From the NCBI GenBank assembly GCA_963846195.1, contig CAWJVG010000001.1, forward strand, positions 38,654-102,653: a stretch of DNA of 64,000 nt. The letters are read 5' to 3'. This document shows positions 9,169 to 20,525 of the stretch, one piece after another. A program made the translations under genes and the position numbers. Numbering within the stretch: the stretch's first letter is position 1; each line of letters starts with the position of its first letter. Source of the DNA: an uncultured Verrucomicrobiae bacterium (GTDB lineage Bacteria; Verrucomicrobiota; Verrucomicrobiia; Chthoniobacterales; JAFAMB01). Below the pieces are notes generated by a model. That model saw only the letters and a program-made list of their open reading frames with translations, was not told the origin of the DNA and ran no database searches.

Positions 9169-10194
9169 ATGTCGACCATCAAGGATGTAGCTGCCTTGGC
9201 GGGAGTCTCCTATACGACCGTATCTCACGTGATCAATAAATCGCGTCCCGTGAGTGATAAGGTCCGTGGCGAAGTCGAGGCGGCGATTCGCCGTTTGAAC
9301 TATGTTCCGAGTGCTGTGGCAAGGTCGCTCAAGCATCAGGCGACCAGTACGATTGGGCTGCTCGTCTCGAATAGTTCCAATCCTTTTTTCGCGGAGCTAT
9401 CGGAGGGAATTGAAGACTCCTGTTATCGCGCTGGATACAGTGTGATACTTTGCAACTCGGACGATCAACCCAGCCGGCAGCAAACTTATCTCCGGGTGCT
9501 GCTCGAAAAACGCATTGATGGCCTGATCATTTGCTCCGCAGGCGATGATCTGGGTTTAGCTGAACATCTGCGGGAGGCCGATGTCCCGGTCATTATCGTC
9601 GACCGGGCAGTGAAAGGGATCACGTGCGACCTTGTGCAGATCGATCACGTCAAAGGAGGTTATCTCGCGACGCGGCACCTGCTCGAACTTAAGCATAAGT
9701 CGATCGGGTGTATTGCCGGACCCAATACGACAAGCGTCACCATCGACCGCTTGAACGGATATCGGAAAGCTCTCGCGGAAGCCGGCGCGCCTTTTCGATC
9801 CGAATGGGTTGTGAGCGGAGATTTCAGTGCGGAAGGCGGGTATAAGGCTGCGCGCATTTTGTTGAAGAGAGCAGAAATCAGCGCCGTATTTGCGAGCAAC
9901 GATCTTATGGGCATCGGTCTGCTGCGGTTCGCCGCAGAGCACGGGATTCGCGTACCGCACCAACTTTCCGTGATCGGCTTCGACGGCATTGACCTCGGCC
10001 GGTATATTTACCCAGCGCTGACCACCGTGGGTCAGTCGATTCGGCGTCAAGGGGAGATCGCTGCGGGAGCTCTCCTTGAGCGAATTCGCAAAGGGGGCGA
10101 GGGCCGAGTGCGTAGGATCGTGATGAATCCTGAACTCGCGGTGCGCGAATCGACCAGGGCAGCCGCGCCGTTTGTCTTGAGCAGGCACGAATGA
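9169..10194 (+). CDS. LacI/PurR-family repressor (RbsR-like)
   Basis: TIKDVAALAGVSYTTVSHVIN HTH followed by a sugar-binding domain. Confidence 0.93.
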   Translation: MSTIKDVAALAGVSYTTVSHVINKSRPVSDKVRGEVEAAIRRLNYVPSAVARSLKHQATSTIGLLVSNSSNPFFAELSEGIEDSCYRAGYSVILCNSDDQPSRQQTYLRVLLEKRIDGLIICSAGDDLGLAEHLREADVPVIIVDRAVKGITCDLVQIDHVKGGYLATRHLLELKHKSIGCIAGPNTTSVTIDRLNGYRKALAEAGAPFRSEWVVSGDFSAEGGYKAARILLKRAEISAVFASNDLMGIGLLRFAAEHGIRVPHQLSVIGFDGIDLGRYIYPALTTVGQSIRRQGEIAAGALLERIRKGGEGRVRRIVMNPELAVRESTRAAAPFVLSRHE

Positions 10195-10205
10195 CAAGGG
10201 CAGAT

Positions 10206-10289
10206 TCAGAATTCAGGAGTTGCAGGAGTTACAGAATGTAGCTGGGAGCACTCCAGTACTCCAGTACTCCAGCAACTCCTGAATTCTGA
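10206..10289. repeat. CAGGAGT-family palindromic element A between convergent genes (possible terminator)
   Basis: Perfect 18-bp inverted arms TCAGAATTCAGGAGTTGC / GCAACTCCTGAATTCTGA with internal ACTCCAGT repeats. Confidence 0.8.
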
Positions 10290-10299
10290 CTTCCCCCTC

Positions 10300-11355
10300 C
10301 TACCTGCCGGCGATTCTGGCTCGATAGGAATCGAGGATCACCGCGAGGATGATAACGCCGCCGGTAATCATCTGCCGCACAAAATCGCCGATGCCAATCA
10401 AAATAAGACCGTCCGCTAGAACCCCGATGAGGCAGGCGCCGAGAAATGTTCCTATCAGCGAGCCGCGACCACCATTCAAGCTCGTCCCGCCAATGATAAC
10501 CGCCGCAATCGCGTTCAGCTCAAATCCGGTCCCAAGGATTGGGCTCGCGATCGTCAAGCGAGCCATGTAAATGATGGCGCCGATGCCGACCGTGAGACCG
10601 GAAATGACGAAAGCCGCAACCTTAAAGATAAAGGTATTGTGGCCGGACAACCGTACTGCTTCTTCATTGTTGCCGATGGAATAGATCAGACGGCCAAAGA
10701 CTGTTCGCGTCAACACGACCCATCCGAGCAAGACGAGTGCGAGTGCCACAACGAAAATGGCCGGGATTCCGAGGAGTGTCTCCGTTCCGAAATTGTTGAA
10801 CATGTTCGGAAACTCAAATAACGTTCTGGCATCGGTTACCTCTAACGCACCGCCACGGGCGATATTAAGCATCCCAAGCGTGACGATAAACGATGGGACG
10901 TTCCAGAAGCTTGAGACATAGCCGTTGACGAAGCCACAAATCATCCCAACGACGACGCTCGTCAGCGCTGCCGCCGCGATCGCGACGGGAACCGGCAAGG
11001 ATTCGCTCTTAAGGACCAGGCCCGCCACCATCGCACACAGTGCCATCACTGATCCGACGGACAGGTCGATGCCTCCGATCAGGATCACGAAGGTCATACC
11101 CGTGGCCATGATCAGATTGATGGTGATCTGAGTCAGAATGTTCGTCACGTTCGACTCGTCCGTGAAGTGCGGTGCGGTAACCGAGAAAATGGCGATCAGC
11201 ACCAGAAGCGCAATGCCTATACCGGCTTCGCGCAACGCTCTCTGGACGATCGCCTTGGCGGGCATTTTAACGCCTGCCGATTTCGATTGGTCGGATATTC
11301 CGCGGTTATCGTCCGTCATTGCGTTTGGGGAAAGGACTCTAACCGCCGCCATCAC
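10300..11355 (-). CDS. Sugar ABC permease (RbsC-like)
   Basis: GGIDLSVGS, IGNNEEAVRLSG, ELNAIAAVIIGGTSL; true start is probably further downstream. Confidence 0.92.
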   Translation of the reverse strand: MMAAVRVLSPNAMTDDNRGISDQSKSAGVKMPAKAIVQRALREAGIGIALLVLIAIFSVTAPHFTDESNVTNILTQITINLIMATGMTFVILIGGIDLSVGSVMALCAMVAGLVLKSESLPVPVAIAAAALTSVVVGMICGFVNGYVSSFWNVPSFIVTLGMLNIARGGALEVTDARTLFEFPNMFNNFGTETLLGIPAIFVVALALVLLGWVVLTRTVFGRLIYSIGNNEEAVRLSGHNTFIFKVAAFVISGLTVGIGAIIYMARLTIASPILGTGFELNAIAAVIIGGTSLNGGRGSLIGTFLGACLIGVLADGLILIGIGDFVRQMITGGVIILAVILDSYRARIAGR

Positions 11356-12892
11356 CCGGGAACGTGTTCCCGGCCATATACTCGCTATAGGCTAGTGACA
11401 AGATACGTTCTTCGTCAAACTCGCTGCGATGAAGTTCGCCCACCAACCGTCCTCGCGAGAGCACGAGGATCCGGTCACACAGCACCGTCAGTTCAGCGAG
11501 TTCCGAAGATACGACCAGCAAAGCCTTGCCATTTTTCGCTAAACGACGCAGTAGTGTGTAGATTTCGGCCTTCGCTCCCACATCGATACCCCGGGTCGGC
11601 TCATCGAGCATGAGCACCGAGGCGTTGCGGAACAGCCATTTAGCGATAATCAGCTTCTGTTGGTTTCCCCCAGAAAGATCGCGAGCTGTCTGTTCCAGAG
11701 ATCTGCATCGCACATCGAGCTCGCTGATCCAGCGCCCCGCCGTTACACGCTCGGTCTGCGCGCGCAAGAACCCAGCGCGCGAAACCTGAGCAAGGTCGGT
11801 AAGCGTCATATTGACCCGTACCGGCATCGCCAGGACGAGGCCCTCCTCCTTGCGGTTCTCCGTTAACAGGCAGACCCGATGCTGTACGGCGTCCAAAGGG
11901 TTGGTGAACGCCACCAGTTGCCCATCTTGATAGATCTCTCCGCCCTCACGCCTGTCAGCTCCGAATATTGCCCGGAGCACTTCGGTCCGGCCTGACCCGA
12001 CCAATCCGGCGAGCCCTACAATCTCGCCATAGTTCAACTCGAATGATACGCCATGGGGACCGCCGCGAACGCGCAAGCCTCTCAGACTCAAGGCGGATTC
12101 ACGTTTCGAGGCCGGCGGGTCGCCCGACTCGGCTGCATCTGCCTCGATTGCGTTCGTTGCGGCTTCCAACGGTCTCCCGACCATCAGACGGACAAGCTCC
12201 GGAGCGTTTGTTCCAGCGACCGGGAAACCTTCGATTCGCCGCCCGTTCCTGAGCACAGTGACCCGGTCGCATAGCTGGAATATTTCCTGCAGATGGTGAG
12301 AAACATAGATGATCGTCACACCAGAGGCGCGAACTGCGCGAATGATTTCGAACAATCGACTCACTTCGCGCGGAGTGAGCGTCGCCGTCGGTTCATCGAG
12401 CACCAGCAATCGGCCGGTAGACGAAAGAGCTTTGGCAATTTCGACGAGTTGGCGCTGCGCAATCCCAAGATGCTCAAGCCGGGTCGCGGGATCAATGTCA
12501 AGACCAACTCTTCGGAGCAGATCCTTGGCACGGCGAGCCAGCTGGCTGAAGTCGAGCATCACGCCAAAGCGCCTTGGAAGCCGCTCAAAAAGCAGGTTCT
12601 CGGCCACCGATAGGTACGGCAATTGATTGAATTCCTGGTAGACCACGCGAATCCCGGCCTCCAGCGCGTCAAGCGGTGTCCGAGGTTTATAGGGCGCCCC
12701 AGCCAGACGTATCTCCCCGGCATCCGCCGGATAAACACCGCTCAAAACTTTGATCAGCGCAGACTTCCCCGCCCCATTCTGACCTACGAGCGCGTGGATT
12801 TCACCCGGCGCAACCGTCAGATCGACGGAGTCGAGCGCGGTCACACCGGGGAATCGCTTGACGATACCGCGCAATTCGAGGATGGGCTCCAT
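11339..12892 (-). CDS. Sugar ABC ATPase (RbsA-like, two NBDs)
   Basis: GQNGAGKS, LDEPT, LSGGNQQK, DEPTRGIDVGAK. Confidence 0.93.
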   Translation of the reverse strand: MEPILELRGIVKRFPGVTALDSVDLTVAPGEIHALVGQNGAGKSALIKVLSGVYPADAGEIRLAGAPYKPRTPLDALEAGIRVVYQEFNQLPYLSVAENLLFERLPRRFGVMLDFSQLARRAKDLLRRVGLDIDPATRLEHLGIAQRQLVEIAKALSSTGRLLVLDEPTATLTPREVSRLFEIIRAVRASGVTIIYVSHHLQEIFQLCDRVTVLRNGRRIEGFPVAGTNAPELVRLMVGRPLEAATNAIEADAAESGDPPASKRESALSLRGLRVRGGPHGVSFELNYGEIVGLAGLVGSGRTEVLRAIFGADRREGGEIYQDGQLVAFTNPLDAVQHRVCLLTENRKEEGLVLAMPVRVNMTLTDLAQVSRAGFLRAQTERVTAGRWISELDVRCRSLEQTARDLSGGNQQKLIIAKWLFRNASVLMLDEPTRGIDVGAKAEIYTLLRRLAKNGKALLVVSSELAELTVLCDRILVLSRGRLVGELHRSEFDEERILSLAYSEYMAGNTFPGDGGG

Positions 12893-12939
12893 CTGGGCAT
12901 GGCCGATCGTGCGCAGCAACGATCGGCCCTTCCGACAGT

Positions 12940-13881
12940 TCAGTTCGCGGGTGCCGTCACCAACTGGATGGGCGTCTTAATCCAGCCCTCGAGCTTCTCG
13001 CCCTTCAGCGCTTTCATCGCGTAGTCAATTCCGTTCGCCGCCATTTTGCTACCGAACTGGTCGATGGTCGCCAGCAGTTTGTGCTCCTTCAGAAGAGGTT
13101 GGACCGCAGGAATATTGTCGAAGCCGACAACCATTATCTTTCCCGATTTGCCCGCTGAATCGATGGCCTTCACCACCCCAAGAGCCATCGAGTCGTTGGC
13201 CGCCATTACACCCTGGATATCCGGATGCGCGGTTAGCATGTTCGTGAAGACCGTATTCGCTTCCTCCGTCTCCCAGTGCGCGGTGCGAGAATCCACCAGG
13301 TCGAGCTTTCCTTCCTTCACTGCATCATCAAACCCAAGTTTACGCTGTTGAGCGTTGTCAGCGCCGGGATTGCCCTCGACGATAACGACTTTGCCGCCCG
13401 GGCCGAGCGCTTTGGCTAACTCGTCTCCCGACATCTTGGCGCCCGTTCGATTGTCCGGGCCGACGAATGCCAGCGAAACGCCAGCCTGCTTCTTCGCTGC
13501 CTCGTCCAGTGCTACGTCAATGTTGATGACCACAATGCCCGCCTTTATTGCGCGAGCCAGAGGTGGAACGAGTGCGCGCGAGTCCGCAGGTGCGATCACA
13601 ATTGCATCGACTTTCTTGGTAATAAAATTTTCGACGGCATTGACTTGGGTATCGATATCCGTCTCCGAATGCATTCCGACCGGGACAAGAGTTAAATCAC
13701 CGCGTTCCTGGACATGCTTTACAGCGCCTTCCTGCATATCCTTAAAGAACTCGTTCGCCAGCGATTTCATCACCAGCCCGATCACTGGTTTCTTATCCTG
13801 CGCAACTCCCGCGCAGACAAAGCTCAGCAGAAGGCAGACCCCAAACAGCGGGGTGATGAACCATTGGTTTTTTCTAGCCAT
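12940..13881 (-). CDS. Sugar ABC substrate-binding protein (RbsB-like)
   Basis: Signal peptide followed by LVMKSLANEFF, VGPDN, ANDSMALG, VGFDN. Confidence 0.9.
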   Translation of the reverse strand: MARKNQWFITPLFGVCLLLSFVCAGVAQDKKPVIGLVMKSLANEFFKDMQEGAVKHVQERGDLTLVPVGMHSETDIDTQVNAVENFITKKVDAIVIAPADSRALVPPLARAIKAGIVVINIDVALDEAAKKQAGVSLAFVGPDNRTGAKMSGDELAKALGPGGKVVIVEGNPGADNAQQRKLGFDDAVKEGKLDLVDSRTAHWETEEANTVFTNMLTAHPDIQGVMAANDSMALGVVKAIDSAGKSGKIMVVGFDNIPAVQPLLKEHKLLATIDQFGSKMAANGIDYAMKALKGEKLEGWIKTPIQLVTAPAN

Positions 13882-14070
13882 AATAAACGTCTCCCATGGT
13901 GAGTTAGAATGACCGAGGAGAGACGCGACCGAGTCGACGCTCGGGCGTGGAATGGAGGGGTAAGTGGGCCTCTTGCGTAAAACAAGTTTCATGGGTTTGG
14001 AGGGCAGAACATCGCCACGACGCTTTGTTCTGGAGGGGTTGAGGGTCTTTTAACAGTGCGCGCAGTACGC

Positions 14071-14082
14071 GCAAACGTTTGC
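14071..14082. promoter_or_regulatory. LacI-family operator upstream of the ABC operon
   Basis: Perfect palindrome GCAAACGTTTGC with the LacI-type AAACGTTT core. Confidence 0.75.
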
Positions 14083-14192
14083 CTGCTACGCTAGAAGTTA
14101 GCGTCCTTCAGGTCAAGAGATATCGGCGATGGCGTTTGATCAGAGTCCGGCAATGGCTAAGCGCCTAAGCTTCTGGCGAACCTGCAGGATCA

Positions 14193-16053
<1,861 letters not shown>

Positions 16054-16162
16054 CGAATCTGAGGTAAGGTTAGGAATGCAATCTCCCGGGTTGGATTGGG
16101 ATATTAGTTAGTGCCTCAGCGATTCTCCAACGTGGAGAGCCGTTCGGGCGGAATCCGGCCTG

Positions 16163-16178
16163 AGCAATGTGCATGCCA
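16163..16178 (-). promoter_or_regulatory. Sigma-54 (-24/-12) promoter for amtB-PII
   Basis: Minus strand TGGCATGCACATTGCT (GG-N10-GC), ~110 bp upstream of the amtB ATG. Confidence 0.75.
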
Positions 16179-16440
16179 CTAATCCACAGTTCCCTTCGCG
16201 CAGGCTCGTTTCCGGGATCGATAGCGCCAACCCTAACGAACTAACCGAGTTTTCGGAAGCGTTCCAACAACGAAGAATGAAAAACAAAACATTCTGGATA
16301 GTTTGTTATCACTTTGTTTTTTACTGGTATATAGCAGTTGCCATTACAAAAAATCCAAGTCATTCCAGTACAGGAAAACCGCAGTCCATTCAGTCGTTGA
16401 AACCGGGGCACGCCTTGAGCTAAGGTGCCTCCTACCAGCC

Positions 16441-17097
16441 ATGACTGAACAGAAGAAAAGAGTTGTCATTGTCGATGATCATCCCTTATTTCGCGATCGC
16501 TTATCTCAGCTGATCAATCACGAGCTGGATATGCAGGTCTGTGGAGAATCCGAAACTGCCGAGCAAGCAATCCAACTGATCCGGAGGCTTACTCCGGACC
16601 TGGTGATCGTTGATATCACTCTGAAAGGATCCAGCGGTTTGGAACTGATCAAGGGCATAAGAGCGCTTTCCATTGCAATACCAGTCCTGGTACTCTCGAT
16701 GCACGAAGAATCGCTCTATGCGGAACGCGCGCTTCGTGCCGGCGCCACTGGATACATCACCAAGAATCAAGCGGCCGCCGAAGTCTTAGCAGCGATCCGG
16801 CGGGTAATGACCGGGGAAATCTATCTCTCGGATAAGATGACTTCGGTTTTTTTAAGAAGCCTGACTACGACAGGCGCAAAGAGCACGCCGCGTCCTGTTG
16901 ATCGGCTGGCAGACCGTGAATTGGAAGTCCTGGAACTGATCGGGCGTGGCAACACGACACGACAGATTGCGGAAAAGCTTCAACTCGGAGCTGCGACCGT
17001 GGACACCTATCGGGCGAGGATTAAGGAAAAAATGAATTTTCGGAACGCCACTGAGTTGCAACATTTTGCCATCCGCTGGGTCCGCGAGCAGGAGTAG
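16441..17097 (+). CDS. NarL/LuxR-family response regulator
   Basis: IVDDHP, phosphoacceptor VD, GYITK, C-terminal LuxR HTH. Confidence 0.93.
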   Translation: MTEQKKRVVIVDDHPLFRDRLSQLINHELDMQVCGESETAEQAIQLIRRLTPDLVIVDITLKGSSGLELIKGIRALSIAIPVLVLSMHEESLYAERALRAGATGYITKNQAAAEVLAAIRRVMTGEIYLSDKMTSVFLRSLTTTGAKSTPRPVDRLADRELEVLELIGRGNTTRQIAEKLQLGAATVDTYRARIKEKMNFRNATELQHFAIRWVREQE

Positions 17098-17099
17098 CT

Positions 17100-18140
17100 T
17101 TGGATCGAATCGGAACGTTCCTGCGGACGCAGTCCCGGCTTCAGCTCTTCGTTGAGGTATTAGCGCTCGGAATCGTGGTCGGAGTGATCGACTACCTCAC
17201 CGGGTACGGCGTCACAATTTACCCTTTTTACTCCATTCCAATCCTGGTGATGGTCTGGTTTGGAGATATGAAGCTTGCCACTGTCATCTCGGTCCTGAGT
17301 ACTGTTTCCTGGTGGTGGGCTGACGAGGCATCCGGCCACCACTACGCGACGGAGTGGCTGCGGCTTTGGGAAGCGATCATGCGCTTCGCGTTTTTCAGTC
17401 TGGTGATGGTCGCCGGGTGGACCTTCAAGAAGCAACGGGATAATATTCGAGCCCGGCTCGAACTGCTTGAACGCGCTCAGCAACTGGAACAGGAGATCAT
17501 CACTATCAGCGAACGCGAACAGGAACGCATTGGGCGGGATCTCCACGACGAAGTTTGCCAATATCTCGCTGCGATTGGATTTTCGGCCTCCATGCTGAAG
17601 CAACAACTCGAAAGCCAGTCGCATGCGCTTGCCAGGAATGCCGGAGACATTGCCTCACTACTTCAGGACGCCGCGATGCGTACCCGCGAGCTGGCCAGAG
17701 GTCTCTCCCCAGTGGATCGGGATGAAGGGGGTCTCGAATCGGCTTTGGAAGAATTGGCTTCCACTACCTCAAAGCTTGCCGGAATTTCATGCACGGTTAT
17801 TTGCCCTGAGACGGTGCCCATGACCGACAATATTCAAGCAATCCACCTTTTTCGAATCGCTCAGGAAGCGTTAAGCAATGCGCTCAAGCATGGCCGCGCA
17901 AAGTCTGTTGTGATTGCACTGGAAATCAGCGACGGCACCTGCTCGTTGCGAGTCAGCGATGACGGCATCGGTTTCAACCCTTCGCCAGGCGAACGGAAAG
18001 GAATGGGTTTAAAAATCATGTCCTACCGCGCCCGAATGATCGCAGGAAAACTCGAGATTCAACCGAATTCTCCCTGCGGAACAGTCGTCGTTTGCACGAT
18101 CGAAAAGGGTACCACCCAGAGTGCTGCCATACTGCCTTAG
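17100..18140 (+). CDS. Membrane sensor histidine kinase (HisKA_3)
   Basis: N-terminal TMs, ERIGRDLHD, QEALSNALKH, DDGIG, GMGL. Confidence 0.92.
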   Translation: MDRIGTFLRTQSRLQLFVEVLALGIVVGVIDYLTGYGVTIYPFYSIPILVMVWFGDMKLATVISVLSTVSWWWADEASGHHYATEWLRLWEAIMRFAFFSLVMVAGWTFKKQRDNIRARLELLERAQQLEQEIITISEREQERIGRDLHDEVCQYLAAIGFSASMLKQQLESQSHALARNAGDIASLLQDAAMRTRELARGLSPVDRDEGGLESALEELASTTSKLAGISCTVICPETVPMTDNIQAIHLFRIAQEALSNALKHGRAKSVVIALEISDGTCSLRVSDDGIGFNPSPGERKGMGLKIMSYRARMIAGKLEIQPNSPCGTVVVCTIEKGTTQSAAILP

Positions 18141-18370
18141 CGATAGCACCAATGGCCGTAAGCCCAATACCGGTGTCTCCAATAGGGTCGCCGGTAATAC
18201 GCATAGCCGTACGGACCGTAGTAGTAACCACCCGGGTAATACGCTGGCCCGTAAAAAGCAGGCACAGGGATCGGCAGCGGGAGCCCAATGAAAACTCCCG
18301 CCTCTGCCTTGGGTTGAGCCAGCAGCGCGACCGCAAACATCATCACCAGCAAAACAAGAATTTTTTTCAT
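18137..18370 (-). CDS. Small secreted Pro/Tyr/Gly-rich protein
   Basis: Signal peptide ending AEA, then a low-complexity PxYYPGGYYYGPY...HW tail. Confidence 0.75.
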   Translation of the reverse strand: MKKILVLLVMMFAVALLAQPKAEAGVFIGLPLPIPVPAFYGPAYYPGGYYYGPYGYAYYRRPYWRHRYWAYGHWCYR

Positions 18371-18423
18371 ATCGCTATAAAATGCAGACGTGGACGCCTG
18401 CTTTCCGGTTACGCAGCCGAAGC

Positions 18424-18614
18424 GGGAGTCAGGAGTTGCAGGAGTTCAGGAGTTGCAGAATCTTTTCGATTGGGCCCTTGCATCGAGAATAACTCTCGAA
18501 TTGTTGGCGTCTCCTAGCAGAACAAAATTTGATTTCTCCCGCATTTCGCAAATTCCAGACTCCTGAACTCCTGCCACCCTGACTCCTGACTCCTGAATTC
18601 AGAATCCAGACTCC
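18424..18614. repeat. CAGGAGT-family palindromic element B (directly upstream of the mutase gene)
   Basis: Iterated CAGGAGTT left arm and CTCCTGA right arm; core homologous to element C. Confidence 0.85.
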
Positions 18615-18631
18615 CCAATTCCTTCCTCCCA

Positions 18632-20422
18632 ATGACATCTCTCGGACAAGTTGTTTCTGCTGTTGAGAATTACCGGCGATCGGCTTCGGATCAGGTGAAA
18701 AGAGCACGCACGGATCGCGAGTTTGGTGAACGGCTGCTGCAAAAATGGCGAGAAGCCAAAGACAGCATTGGCGTCACCGTGACCCCAACAGGGCTGCGAC
18801 TGCCGCGCCTGGCTTTACCGGATCTGGATGAAGCCGGCGAGATTGCGCGATTCCTCTGGGATGAAGGGTTGCCAGGTGAATTTCCTTTTCTGACGGCCGC
18901 TTACGCGGAGCAATATCTGGAACCGTCCGGAGCGGAGAGGAATCGGAACGGAGGGCAACGGGACGGTGAGAAAGCAGCGAGTGAAGAGCCAACCCGGCTG
19001 TTCGCCGGCTTGGGTCTGGCCGAGGACACGAATGCGCGGTTTCATTATCTCTCCCGAAATCAGCGCAGCAAACGATTGAGCACGGCATTTGATGGTCCAA
19101 CGCTCTACGGAGTCGGCGCAGGTGCTGAGGGAGTCTTCGGCAAGATCGGCGAGGGCGGAGTAGCGATAGATACCATTGAAGATATGGAACGGTTATACGA
19201 CGGGTTCGCGCTCGACCAACCCGACGTTTCGGTCTCTATGACAATTTCCGGCCCCGCGCCGATTTTATTGGCCATGTACATCGCCGCGGCGAAGCATCGA
19301 TTCGGACCGCATATCGTCGGGAAGTTGCGCGGAACGATCCAGGCGGATGTCCTGAAAGAAATCCAAGCCCAGAATGAGCTAATCTTCCCCATCGAACCCT
19401 CGCTCCGTTTTCTGGCGGACATGGTCGACTATTGTTCGCGGCAGATGCCGAAATGGTATCCGATCTCGATCAGCGGGTACCATATCGCTGAAGCCGGCGC
19501 CACGCCGGTCCAACAGGCTGCGTACACGCTGTCGAACGGCTTTGCTTACGTGGAGTATTTTCGGAATCGCGGAATGGACGCGAATGTCTTCGGTCCTCGA
19601 CTCTCGTTTTTTCTGGATTGCGCACTGGATATCGAATATGTCGCGCTCGCGCGAATTTGCAGGAAGATCTGGGCAATCGGCATGCGCGATGTTTTTCGCG
19701 CGGAAAAACGAGCACAGATCCTGAAGCTTCACACCCAGACGAGTGGTCGTTCGCTGATCGCGGCGGACTGGCGAAATAATCTCACGCGCACTGCGCTGGA
19801 GCTGATGCTGGCGTGTATGAACGCGACAAATTCTTGTCACAGCAATTCGGCGGACGAACCCTTCACCACGCCGAGCGAAGAGTACGCTCGCTACGCGGCG
19901 CACGCACAAGCGATCTTACTCGAGGAAAGCGGCCTCTTTAAGCACATGATGAACACGCTTCAGGGGTCACCCGGCATGAAAATGGTTGGTAACGCAGTCG
20001 AAGAAGCGATCCTGGAAGAGTTTCGTGAAATCGAGCAACAGGGCGGCGTGATAGGCGCAGTTGAGCGGCGATACCAGCGCAGCCAGATCCAGGCGGCCAG
20101 TCATTTACTGGAATGCCAGATCTGTGACGGAATCCGTCCGGTGATCGGTCTGAACCGATACAACAATCCGGATGCAGATTGGCCGGAAGTCCACATGATT
20201 CGGACGCCTAAAGAAAAGAAGCGACTCCAACAGGACCGATTGCATGAATTCGAGAGTCGACACGCAGGAGAGACGGCGCGGTGCCTCGACCGGTTATCGA
20301 ACGTGGTCGATCAAGGCGGAAACGTCTTCGAGGAACTCATTGGCACCGTCGAACATTGTTCCCTGGGCCAGATCACGGAGCGATTGTGCGATGTCGTTGG
20401 CAAGTTTCGGCCGATGGTTTGA
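18632..20422 (+). CDS. B12-dependent acyl-CoA mutase, substrate-binding half of an IcmF-like protein
   Basis: PTRLFAG, RLSTAFD, RGTIQADVLKEIQAQN, SISGYHIAEAGA, HTQTSGRSL, CSLGQIT...VGKFR; no DxHxxG domain. Confidence 0.88.
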   Translation: MTSLGQVVSAVENYRRSASDQVKRARTDREFGERLLQKWREAKDSIGVTVTPTGLRLPRLALPDLDEAGEIARFLWDEGLPGEFPFLTAAYAEQYLEPSGAERNRNGGQRDGEKAASEEPTRLFAGLGLAEDTNARFHYLSRNQRSKRLSTAFDGPTLYGVGAGAEGVFGKIGEGGVAIDTIEDMERLYDGFALDQPDVSVSMTISGPAPILLAMYIAAAKHRFGPHIVGKLRGTIQADVLKEIQAQNELIFPIEPSLRFLADMVDYCSRQMPKWYPISISGYHIAEAGATPVQQAAYTLSNGFAYVEYFRNRGMDANVFGPRLSFFLDCALDIEYVALARICRKIWAIGMRDVFRAEKRAQILKLHTQTSGRSLIAADWRNNLTRTALELMLACMNATNSCHSNSADEPFTTPSEEYARYAAHAQAILLEESGLFKHMMNTLQGSPGMKMVGNAVEEAILEEFREIEQQGGVIGAVERRYQRSQIQAASHLLECQICDGIRPVIGLNRYNNPDADWPEVHMIRTPKEKKRLQQDRLHEFESRHAGETARCLDRLSNVVDQGGNVFEELIGTVEHCSLGQITERLCDVVGKFRPMV

Positions 20423-20458
20423 GGGAAACAATGACTTACATAAGTAAGCCAAGAAAAT

Positions 20459-20525
20459 TTGAACAGAAGGAAGCAAAGGTCAGCGGTATCCAAAACCTTC
20501 GTTACCTTTGCTGCCTTCTGTTCAA
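20459..20525. terminator. Long hairpin between the convergent mutase halves (AACAGAAGG element; possible bidirectional terminator)
   Basis: TTGAACAGAAGGAAGCAAAGGT ... ACCTTTGCTGCCTTCTGTTCAA, 22-bp arms with 1 mismatch. Confidence 0.65.

Noticed and set aside
18424-18631. Cobalamin riboswitch upstream of the mutase
   Set aside because: No recognisable B12-box or GGGAA/GCCCCCGC motifs; the sequence belongs to a dispersed repeat family.
18429-18707. ORFs ending LLNSCNS or LLQLLS (also 21719-21964 and 31399-31737)
   Set aside because: These are translations of the CAGGAGT repeat arms.
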